A stretch of DNA of 60,111 nt, counting the filler, from Catajapyx aquilonaris (Eukaryota): assembly GCA_000934665.2 (NCBI GenBank). It is 2 parts of 2 records of this genome, joined end to end, with 100 filler letters (N's around TTAATTAATTAA, not from the genome) between each part and the next. Parts side by side here need not be neighbours in the genome. Positions count along the whole stretch, not along the records: positions 1 to 30,011 come from JYFJ02004700.1; positions 30,112 to 60,111 come from JYFJ02004701.1. One strand, written 5' to 3'. The notes under the pieces are model-generated. The model saw only the letters and a list, made by a program, of their open reading frames with translations. It was not told where the DNA came from and made no database searches. The position numbers and the translations under genes were made by a program. Shown one piece after another: positions 23,598-35,445 of this stretch (positions are counted from its first letter, which is position 1; the number at the start of each line of letters is the position of its first letter).

Positions 23598-26500
23598 TTA
23601 AGCTATTAACGAGAGGCTTAAAGTTCACTGGCACACCTGACAAAAAAACGGCTACCTTACTTCACAAATCATTGAAACAGAACAGACAGACAATGCCGCC
23701 TGCTGGGATTGGGTTGCACAATACGTTCCTCACATACGCATAATGAAGTACAGAAGACGAACAGCCTCTGGTGTATATCCTGGACAATGATGTCAGTGTC
23801 AGTTTTTGTTAGGAAAGGCTCAGCATAAGTTGATTACTATTCAACAACATGCTAAACTTTTCCTGACAACCCCTGACAATAATGTGGCATCTTGATTGAA
23901 TCTGATGGCCAAAGATTCCTCCTCTTTGTTGAACACATGACGCTGAAAAATTAAGCAGAGTCCACGGAGTAAGCCAATGCATAAGACAAAAAATGGCTCA
24001 CGTTGTGTCTCCTGTATGCTGACGTAGATGTCAATGTCAAATTTTGTTAGGGCAAGCGCAGCTCAATTTTATGACTATTCAAAAACCACCTACCCTTTTC
24101 CTGACAATCCCGGACATTATAATGGCATATTGATGGAATCTGATGACCAGAGATACCCATCTAGAGAAGTAGATAATTCATTTAATATATTAAATACCGT
24201 ATACTTGTACATGGAGTACGCTGGCACAGTACAATTATTCACACGGCTCTGCTTAAAACATACGATAATTTTGCGCCACGATGGGATTGATTACTGTCAT
24301 TATGACATACGGTTTGCAAAAAAGAACTCATTTCAATATTAGGATGAAGTTTAACAGGGAAACCACGCAATAAAATGTCTCAATTAGATAATCATGAAAG
24401 GGAAGGGACGTTCTCCAAGTAAGACGACTTGCGGTTTGGCTGCAATTATTTAAAAATGCATAGACCAGTATGCTACACAAGATAAATCAAATATCCCATA
24501 GTGTGTGTACCGCATGCCGATGTCAGCGTCAGTTTTTGTTAGGAAAAGAATAGCAGCCTTGATCGCAATCATCTCAAGAAACTGCTAAACTTTCCCTCAC
24601 AACCCCTGACAATGTTGGGGCTTCTTCTTGGAACCCCAGAAGGAGACATGTTTCCTCTTGTTTAGGGGAATGGATGACACAATAAAAAGGAAAGGAAATA
24701 TATGGTCCGCAAAGAATAATCAATTTCTCATACTTTCAGAAAGAATTATTCATAGAAAATATGCAATTCAACAGACATATATTCATCCACACTACCAATG
24801 GCACATCGTGGGTGGTGTTGTTGATTCCCACAATAACATCACCTTTGTCAGAAAGAAATCAGCACTCATTATCAGGCTCATTGCTTGCTGACAAATATGA
24901 CATCATCATGGATGGTTCAGAGATGCCTGAAATGGAGAGTACGTTCAAGTAGTAAAACCCCCTTGATGTTGGGTTGCACAATAGATTATTCTGAAAGTTC
25001 TCGCCCAACCAACTCGACAAATGCCCAATGATGGAGGTTCTTCATTATTGCCAAGATAAAGTAGAATTAGCAAGGAAGTGTAGCTCTCAATATCAGGCTA
25101 ACATTTCTCTTGCAAACCCTGCAGTAAAATGGCTACAAGAGAGAATTCTGAAACAGAAGTGACCGTTTCCTCGCCACGCCTTTTGCGTGTTGGAATGCAC
25201 ATTTAGATATTCAAAATGCTGTATCTAGTAGGCCAATAACAAGAAAAATCACCCATGTGTGTCTCCTGCGTGCCGATGTCAATGTCAAATTTCGTTAGGA
25301 AATGCTCAGTAAGTTATTGATCACATCACAACAACCTCCTGAACTTTTTCTGACTCTATCCCTGACAATTTATTGGCATCTTGATGTAATGTGATGACCG
25401 GATATTCCTCCTCTTGGGTGAACATAATTATGATACCTTAGAAAATGAGGTACAGTCCACAGATAATAGATCATTAATTTTCTCATACCCTACGTTCTGC
25501 GGAACCATAGGTCACTACGCAAGATAAAATGGCCCATGATGCGGGGATGCGATATCTTCTTGACTGCCATGATAATATTAGACGTGCTATAGCAAACAAT
25601 CGCTTTTAATAACAAGCTAAATAAGTTCACTGGAAAATCTGACAATAAAATGGCTCCTTAAGATATCTTTGAAACAGAAATGGCGGTCTCCTTCTAGTGT
25701 CGCCTGAGGTGTTGCACAATAAGTTCCTCACAAATTGATAATCAAATACACTAGACAAATGGAATCTGCTGCATACTGCTGAATATCGATGTCAGTGTCA
25801 GGTTTCGTTGGGAAAAGTGTAGCTACTTTTGATCCTAATATATTCAACAAGCGGCTAAACTTTCCCTGACAACCCTGACAATAAAATGGCTGGTTCCTAG
25901 ATTCCTGAAATATAAATTATGTCTCTTTTGGGTTGCAAGTTATTCAAAGATATCTACAGTAAGTCAATGACCCATGGTGTGTCTCCTGCATGCCGATGTC
26001 AATGTCAAATTTTGTTAGGAAGAGCTCAGGAAGGCTTTGATCACATTTCAACACCTCCGGAACTTTCCCTGACGATCCCTGACAGTATAGGGTGGTATCT
26101 TGATGTAATATGACGACCACATATATTCCTCCTCAAGGGTTCACGGCTGAAACTTGAGAAAATGCGGCACAGTCCACAGAGAATAGTTCATTTCTCATAC
26201 CTGTTGTTCTGCGGAACCGTAAGTCAATTCGAAATATAAAAGGAACGGCCCATGATGCGATATCTTAGTTCTTGGTTGCCACGACCATATTAGATAATTA
26301 TGCTAGGGAAAAATACCTTTCAATAACAGCCCAAAGTTCACTGGCAAACCTGACAATAACATGGCTGCTTAAGATATATTTGAATCAGAAATGGCGGTAC
26401 CCTGCTATTGCCGTGCCGCCTGGAGTAGTGTTGCACAATACGTCCCTCACAAATGTACATTCAAATACAAAAGGCCTTATTATACTGTACAGCCTCTGAT

Positions 26501-29500
26501 GCATCCTGAATACCGATGTTCGTGTCAGTTTTTGTTAGGATATGTGCACCTGTTTTTGATAACAATTATTCCAGAACCAGCTGTACATTCCCTGACAATC
26601 CCTGACAATAAAGTGGCATCTTGATGGAATCTGATGACCAGAGATTCCTCCTCTTGTCTCCATGGATGGTGAATTAAAAATGAGTCATTGTATATACACC
26701 AATTATTATCGTTCATTTCTAATGCCTGTTTTGCGCTGGTACAATAAATTCTGACAGAAGTGCAGTTCAAGACAATAAAACATTAAGTTATACTGTAGGT
26801 TGTCCTTATGATTACCATGGAAAGATAAACCTTCCAAGAAAAAAAACATGACTGTCTATATCAAGCTCAGGTTTAGCCCCCAAATCTCACAATAAAATAG
26901 CTGCATGACAGATGACTTTTCCTTGATATACCACTTGGCCTAGAGGTGCAAAATAAGTTATACGCAAATGTACCGTCCAATGCACAAGGCAAGTAGACCA
27001 TTATGTGTTCCTGGATGCCGAAGTCAGTATCAGATCTCATCAAGAGATCTTCAGCAAGTGCTGGTCAAATTTCAACAACTGTCTAAACATCTCCTGACGA
27101 TCCCTGACATTTATGTGGCATGTTGATGGAACCTGATGGCCCGAGATTATAGGAAAATACTGTAGATGATTCATTAAATCATTAGACAATGCGTTATAGT
27201 ATGCTAAACAAAGACTCGTTCGTTTCTCGTACCCATTTTGCCATGGCACAATAAATTATTCACTGGGCAGTATGTACCTCAGATAATAATCTGTTTGATT
27301 ACAGTGATAAAATAAATTTTGCAATAAGAACTTAAGCTTTCAATATCCGGATGAAGTTTAACTGGCAAACCACACAATAAAATAAATTGCTGCATGAGTT
27401 AATAATAATCTTAAATTGAAAGGACCTCCTCTTGGAAAGACAACTTGCAGTTGGGCTTGGGTTGCACAATAATAATTTTAAAATGCCTATTCCAGTACAC
27501 AAAACAAATGTCCCTGTTATTCTGTGAACAATACACATGTCACAGAACTCTAGTTCAAAACACAAGAGAGAATGGCCCGTGACTGCATTTCTTCTCAATT
27601 GCCATGATAATATTAGACTTGCAGCACATACAGTATTGTACTTCTCAATATCAGACTATATTTTCTGACAACCCTGACATTAAATTGCATATTTCTAAAA
27701 TGGGGTTGCTCGATAAGTTTTCTAAATATTCTAGCCCAATACAGCTAATAAATAGCCCATGGTGGGGTCTTCGTGATTTCCATGGTAATATTAGGTTGGC
27801 AAGAAAAACATAAGCTGTCAATTTCACGCTGACATTTTTCTTGCAAACCTGGCATTAAAATGGCTGGTTCCGAGATTCCTGAATTGGGATGTATGTTCTC
27901 CTAGACCGAGAGTTACCCTTCAGGTTGGGTGGCACAATAGGTTAGTTATTCAAAAATGCCCTCCAATACACAAAGACAGCCCATGGTGTGTATCCTGCAA
28001 GCCGGTGTCAATGTCAAATTTTGTTAGGAAACGTTAAAGAGCAATTGATAAAAATTCAACAACCTCCTAAACTTTTCCTGACAATCCCTGACGTTCAAGT
28101 GGTATCTTTATGATTGTAATCTGATGACCAGAGATTCCTCCTCTTGGGTGCATAGATGAAGCGTTAAAGAACAATGCTATAGTCTACCAACTCGTTCATT
28201 TCTCATCGAGTTCTATGGAACAATAAAATTGGTCTCTGAGCTCTAATAAGTACAGAAAATAGGACACCTTAGCAGTAACTATCAGTGAGACGAAAATTCC
28301 ACCCCATGTAATCCGCTACTGATGATCGATGACTGTCGTGATTGCCATGATAGTATGTTTTGTCAGAAAAAAAAGTTGAGCTTTGTTTATCAGGCTTAAC
28401 CTTTTCTCTGACAAACCTGACTATAAAATGGCTACTGGGAGTATCCTGAAAAGTAGATGATATTTCCTTGATGCCACATAGAGCTGTATAGGACAATTGA
28501 TCAGGCCTTCACAAAGATATAGTCAAATACACATTACACATGGGCCATGGTGGGTGGTCGAGGGTGATTCTCATGATAATAATTATCACGTTTGCCTGAA
28601 GGATTTCAGCTCTCACTATCAGGCTGAAATATCTCCGACAAACGAGGCATCAACATGAATGGTTCAGATATTCCTGAAATGGAAAGGATGTTAAAGTAGC
28701 AATACCCTTGAGGTTGCGTTGCACAATAGGTTATTCTAAAAGTTCTATTCCAACACACTTGACAAATGGCCAATGATGGAAGATGCCATGATAAGGCAAG
28801 ATTTACAAGAAAATTTAAATCTCAATATCAGGCTAAAATTCTCTTGCAAATCCTACAGTAAAATGGCTGCAGGAGAGAATCCTGAAATTTAATGGATGTT
28901 TTCTTCGTAATTTCGCTTCGCTTTGGGTTACACAATTAGTTAAGATTATTCAAAAATTTCTCGAGAAATGTTTAGTATACCGTAGTCCAATACCCAAGAC
29001 AAATGGTGTCTCCTGCATTCAATGTCAATGCCAGATTTTGTTAAGAAATGGTCACCGCAGGCATTGTACACAGTGCAACAACTTGCTAAACCTATTCTGA
29101 CAATACCCGACAGTAATGTGACACCTTGATTTGACCGGGATTCATCCTCTTGAGTGAATAAATGTTGCACTGTCCACAGAGAATAGTTCATTTATGATAC
29201 CTGTTGTTTTGTGGAACCATAATTCTTCACATATTATTTGTTCTATTCGCAAGATGAAATCATCCATGATGCGTTATCATCTTGATTGCCATTATAATGT
29301 TAGGTGTGCTAGTCATCTTAAGCTTTTAACGAGAGGCTTAAAGATCACTGGCAAACCTGACAATAAAACGGCTACCGTACTTCAGAAATCGTTGAAACAG
29401 AACAGGCAGATAATGCCGCCTGCTGGGATTGGGTTGCACAATTCGTTCCTCACATATGCATAATGAAGTACAGAAGACAAATAGCCTCTGGTGTATATCC

Positions 29501-29923
29501 TGGACAACGATGTCAGTGTCAGTTTTTGTTAGGAAAAGCTCAACATACTCTGATCACAATTCAACAGTCTGCTAAACTTTTCCTGACAACCCCTGACAAT
29601 AATGTGGCATCTTGATGGACTCTGATGACCAGAGATTCCTCTTCTTGGGTAAACGGAAGACACTGAAAAAATTATGCAAGAGTCCACGAAGTATAGTTCA
29701 TTTCTCATATACCAGTTGTTCTGTGGAACAATAAATTCGTCATATGAAACTTATTCAATACGCAAGATAAAATCATCCATGACGGGATATCTTCTCGATT
29801 GCCATGATAACATGAAGCTTGAAAGAAATCCTTTGGCATAAAATATCAGGCTAAAGAATAACTGGCAAGCCCAACAATAAAATGTCGGAATGAGGGAATC
29901 CGGAAATGGAAATGTTCTCTTAA

Positions 29924-30011
29924 AGGGACACTCCACTCAAAATACAAGTTGTGTTCTAAAAATCGGGCAAGGAATCCTGATTCCGAGGGTATAAGCAATT
30001 TTTCTGGGAGA
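29924..30011. mobile_element. Second copy of the 18568-19016 Kolobok-type MITE, opposite orientation, cut by the gap
   Basis: TTAA followed by AGGGACACTCCACTCAAAATACAAGTTG...GATTCCGAGGGTATAAGC, matching the reverse complement of the 19016 end. Confidence 0.8.
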
Positions 30012-30111
30012 NNNNNNNNNNNNNNNNNNNNNNNNNNNNNNNNNNNNNNNNNNNNTTAATTAATTAANNNNNNNNNNNNNNNNNNNNNNNNNNNNNNNNN
30101 NNNNNNNNNNN
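30012..30111. other. Artificial assembly spacer
   Basis: 44 N + TTAATTAATTAA (stops in all six frames) + 44 N = exactly 100 bp. Confidence 0.95.
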
Positions 30112-30739
30112 TTGTTCACATCGAGAGATATACTGTATGTTTATGTACTGTGCTCTGTACAGACTCATTACGAAAGACCCGACAGATGGAGACCGAGGTA
30201 GGGCCTGGTCCCGGACCAAAAACCTAATATTAGGGCCTTTCAGGTCAAAGGTCAGCCTGCAACAATACATTGGAATTGACCTAAAAATTGTGCCGAATCA
30301 TTTGCATGTGCTGGTGATTTAATAGGACCTATAGTTTAAATTATAGGGTTAAATATTTGGAGGGGTGATAGGTTTGAGAATGGAACTCCCTGGTATAAGA
30401 CAAATGTAGGGACTATGGGGTGCGTAGGGTGGGGGCTGCCGGGATGGACAACACAAGCGAAGCCACATGATCATTTTGATTACTTTTTTATTTTACTTTT
30501 TTCTCGAAAAAAGTGACCGCCCCCTCCCATTAAGCAGGTGTTTTAAAAATTTCCAAAAAAAAAATCTCCCCTCCCCCCTCTTCCTCCCCCTCTCCACCCC
30601 TCCCCCTCTCCACCCCTCCTTCGCTGCTTCCTGTCACACCTCTGAAGAAGTGTTGGGGAAACCACTGCGAAGAAACAGCCGCCATCTTGGCCAGAGATGT
30701 CGGCTGCAAAATTTTTTTTCTGACTCTCAACCAAGGAGA

Positions 30740-30992
30740 TCCGGGATTTGAACCCGCATCTCCCGATTGAGAGTCCGATGCGCTACCTCAGAACCACGCT
30801 CTGGTGCAACGAGAGTGTGTGTGTTGGAAGGGTCTAGCCTATTTACCAGATGCACTTCAAAGAGAAATAAATGTGAAATGAGAGATGAAGTAACAGCGAG
30901 AAAGATAAAAAGAAACGGCGTCTTCCTTTCAGGATTCGATCCTTCAACCTTCAGGTTACGAAGAGAGAGTCTTAACCACTAGACCACTGCAC
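30740..30992 (-). mobile_element. Two tandem tRNA-like (Pol III A/B box) modules, SINE-like or pseudo-tRNA
   Basis: 30928-30992: TGGTCTAGTGG ... GGATCGAATCC. 30740-30802: TGGTTCTGAGG ... GGTTCAAATCC. The stems do not close into full cloverleaves. Confidence 0.5.
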
Positions 30993-31242
30993 TACTTCGA
31001 TACTGACACTCTCTCCAGCATGTACTTATTGTCAAGAAAGGGCGCCACAAAATTCAACACTCACCATAAAATATTTGATTTAGGTTACATTTTTTAGCCT
31101 TATTAGTTAGTTTGTTAATAAGTAAAAGAATGTGATAATTTGTGTTTCATGAATATTCTTAAAAAATATTCGTGTGCCAAAAACAAAAGAAACCCTGTTA
31201 TGATTTCGTTTCATGTGATATTTTTAAAAAATTCGTGGTATA

Positions 31243-31317
31243 ACAATTCACGTGGTATAAAAATATCCGTGGTATGAAAATATCCGTGGTATAAAAATAT
31301 TCGTTGTATAAAAATAT
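31243..31317. repeat. Short minisatellite, ~17-bp unit CGTGGTATAAAAATATC
   Basis: About four to five imperfect tandem copies visible. Confidence 0.7.
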
Positions 31318-31824
31318 GTGCTCTGCAGAGAAGGGGAAAAATTCCGTGCTCTCCATCGAACCAAATTTTTATCTTCGAAAGAAAATGTTCCATGGTATAG
31401 CGATTGGTCGGTGAGACCGTGTGACGTACCACATGACGTCACAGGGACTATCAATATACCCTTATACCGTATATCAAACTTTTTTCCGCTGTCCTTTGAG
31501 GAACTAATGCCACTTTTCAAACTACAAACATTAATTTAGATATATTATAATATATAATGCAAACAATGTGTGCACTAGTCATAAAAAGCAACCAGAAAAG
31601 TATCCTTTCAAAAAAATCACGACACTAACGGCTAACAACTGCTTATTCATTCTTGCGGCCCTAATAATTCGAAAGTATTGGTTACTAAAATAATGCTTAG
31701 CATATTATGCCAGCTACTGTTTTGCTCCGAAAAGTGCCAGCGCTAATAATTAATATTATTATTATTGGCACGTATAGTACAGCAGGTACGATTTTTCGCA
31801 TACTCTAAACCAGAGATTAGTGTT

Positions 31825-31840
31825 GGCCTTGAAAAAGGCC
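31825..31840 (-). promoter_or_regulatory. Histone mRNA 3' stem-loop of H4
   Basis: Minus strand CAAAAC-GGCCTT-TTTC-AAGGCC-AACAC: 6-bp stem and 4-nt loop, 86 bp after the stop codon. Confidence 0.9.
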
Positions 31841-31926
31841 GTTTTGTTTCTGCACTAGTCCAAATCCGTCGGTCGATTGAAGCGTTGAGGCGAGGAGAAC
31901 CCTGGGTCTGCAGGAGTCCATCATCA

Positions 31927-32391
<465 letters not shown>

Positions 32392-33246
32392 TCAGTCGAC
32401 CGGGGGGGACTTATATCCTTTCCACCCCTCCTCATCCTGCACCTTTTCAAGTTCTTGCAGCTGTCACCCTGTCCCCTCGCCCACCCCACACGTTTCCCAC
32501 GGTCTCATACCCAACCTTCCTTTGCACAACTTTTTTTTTTTTTTTCCGGTACCAAAATTCCAACCTTTCTATTACGGCAACCAGAAATGCTCAAAGCAAC
32601 CGCACCAATTAGTGCAAAACACGATTTTGATTACGGCAAGGTGCGCTACATGCCCTGCAATTATATAGCTCTGAGGTTCTCGTGTTAAGTATAGGACAAT
32701 TCATCCTGGCTTGGCGGCAACTGCAGCTCTGTTCGCAGGAGATGCCTGCCACGCAGGATGTATACTTTACGGAGCTCGTATTGTTTGGCATTCATGGCCG
32801 CTTTCAATCCATGCAAAAATTACTCCAGACAGTATCCTTCTCATAATTCAGCATTTTACACGAAGTAGGGGAAGGGGGTTTTCTTATGAATGGAACTGGG
32901 GTCGGGAATGGTGGCCGATCCTTTCTTTTGTCCCGAGGTACGTATACAAAAGGGCAGCTGGATGCCAGACTCAAGGAGCAAATGCTTCTTTATTTCTTGG
33001 GAGGGGAGATGTTTCTGGTCTTCTGCAACAGCGAACACTAGGAAAGAATTAAAAACAGCACCTGGTTATTTTTCCAACGATGCTGTGAATGAAATCCATG
33101 CACTGTCCCAGCTGTGCATTAGTTTCTGGTAATATTTTGGGACGCCATATATAGGCAGTATTCATCTTATAGATGCTAATGTTAGCATTTTACAAATCCG
33201 GACGAGAATAGGGGTGGTGTGTGGAGGCTTCACAAAGACGCTACTT

Positions 33247-33345
33247 CCAATGGCCGGACCGGATTCTCGTCTTCCTGGCCAATGGGCCTCCAGAGGGAGG
33301 GTATATAAAAGGGGCCATGACACAGCGGGCACCCCCCATTATTCG
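33247..33345 (+). promoter_or_regulatory. H3 promoter: twin CCAAT boxes, TATA box, cap-like motif
   Basis: CCAAT at 33247 and 33279 (32 bp apart), TATATAAAA at 33302-33310, CATTATTC at ~33337. Confidence 0.75.
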
Positions 33346-33361
33346 TTCACCCGCAGCCTGA

Positions 33362-33802
<441 letters not shown>

Positions 33803-35326
33803 TCAGCACTGCAGCACCGCACGCCTGTTGGGTGATGGAAACGACATCGCCGAAAACAACAACAACAACGAAAAAAGAACGAAAAAGAACGAAAAGGGAA
33901 CCACCACTTCATTCACGTTCCCAAGAGATAAGCCAACTATTGTCCAGTGCTGACCGATGTTGCCTGTTAGCTAGCTTGAATTGTTTTAAATTAATGCTCA
34001 TTATTGAAGTTATACTGGGACGCAGGGTCGAGGTGTAGCGTGTAGAGGTACTGTCTCTTCCCATCACTGCTGGACGTGTCCACTTTAGCAGTTCATTGCA
34101 CAACAGCTCCATTTAAAAAAAATAGTCCTAATAGTAACGTACTTTACACCAAATAGTATAAAAAATGATTGCAAGTGCAGAGATATTAATTTGAACAATA
34201 GATGTGGGATAGACAGAGGACTATACCTACAAGAATCCTCTATTATAAAAGCCACGGGGTCTCTGTGCGCGCGACCATCAGAGTTTTTATTCAACATTCC
34301 GACTAGGCAGAAGGTTGGAACATGGAGCGCAATTTGCCTGGTTGATTTATACAGTACAGTACATCAATAAAGTGGAAACTGAAGGGGACGTTGGAGAAGG
34401 AACCATTTCCCCTTGCACGTACGCTACGGCTTCTTTTTTCTCCCCTATACATAAAGACAGCTGTATCACTGGGTCCCTTTCTGCTGATGCAAATGTTCCC
34501 GCCAGAGTTGCAAAGATAAAAGATACTTTTTAAACAGCATGGGCCCACTGCATTTAAACAACAGTTAATTATCGTCGAAGTAAAAAGGGCCAGAAATTTT
34601 TTACTACTCGCTGGCCAATAAGTATAAGTTATATAGTAACAGTCAAACTTCATAATTATTCTTCCTCCCTTCATTTTGGTCACTGATGTGGCATATTGAA
34701 TACTGGTCATGATTGTGACACCAGCAGCTGGGACCTGGCGAGCTGAGGTGTGCTTCATAAAAGTGATTTGATCATTATAGAAAGTATGCGTTGAGGGCTT
34801 CACTACCTAATGACTAATTCAATTATTGCGAGTAAAATATATCATAACATTGATCGTTCTCCATTTCATAAGTTATAGTAGGCTACTTCTTCAGTTGCAT
34901 GTTTTTTCTAGCACTGCGCAATGGAAAAATAAATCTTCTCAGACATTCTAACTATAGGTATTGTTTTGAAAGTATACCATATGATATTCCAAAAACTTTA
35001 GTGCACTGCGTCTTCTCCCCATCAAGCGATAAGAGTTGGGTAAGTTATTTTTAAGACATTAATCGTACCATTCCTCAGTGCAAAAAATGCAATGATTTAC
35101 AGTTACATGTAAGTTAATTATCTCCACATAGAAATTTCTTATTACAATTATTTCCTTGAAGTATAGGCCTAACAAAGTGACTACAGTACAATGTTAATGT
35201 ACAATACACAGTATACGTAGTATACAATGGTTCCAATGGCAAGGGCCTCAATGCATTTTTCCCCCTCTCGGAATAAAATAATGACGACCTGTGTTCAGAT
35301 TGATGCCAGCAGGTAATTATAACCTG

Positions 35327-35445
35327 GGGGTGGATTCATCAAATGTCGTAAGTCGTAACCGGTCGTAACCTTAGGTAAGGTAACCTATAAGGTTACGACC
35401 AGGTACGACAAAAATTTGACTTACGACATTTGATGAATCCCCACC
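35327..35445. mobile_element. Small palindromic MITE (Harbinger-like)
   Basis: Arms GGATTCATCAAATGTCGTAAGTC / GACTTACGACATTTGATGAATCC. Possible 3-bp TSD CTG (35324-35326, 35446-35448). Confidence 0.65.

Larger units (their letters stand above)
4611..29920 (+). repeat. Complex satellite array with diverged monomers and higher-order repeats
   Basis: Recurrent motif order TGATTGCCATGAT - TTTGCAAGAAA - CAATATCAGGCT - CCTGACAATAAAATGGCT - GGTTGCACAATA - CACAAGACAAATGGCCCATG (~205-222-bp spacing, e.g. 6140/6345/6566/6788), alternating with a longer ~290-bp variant. Higher-order marker TCATTTAATA(A/T)ATTAA at 4611, 11435, 17311, 24178. Confidence 0.9.

Noticed and set aside
5300..29900. Recurring short ORFs in the array (e.g. 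...DKYDIIMDGSEMPEMEST, MIILDL.HIQYC...) suggesting a repeat-protein gene
   Set aside because: They recur only because the DNA is duplicated. Frames break at different places between copies, indels are not multiples of three, and no domain is recognisable.
4611..29920. CRISPR-like repeat/spacer reading of the conserved motifs
   Set aside because: The spacers are homologous to each other, the repeats are not identical, there are no cas genes, and the context is eukaryotic.
33831..33851. Hairpin GGTGATG-GAAACGA-CATCGCC after the H3 stop as a histone stem-loop
   Set aside because: A 7-nt purine-rich loop and the wrong stem sequence for SLBP recognition.
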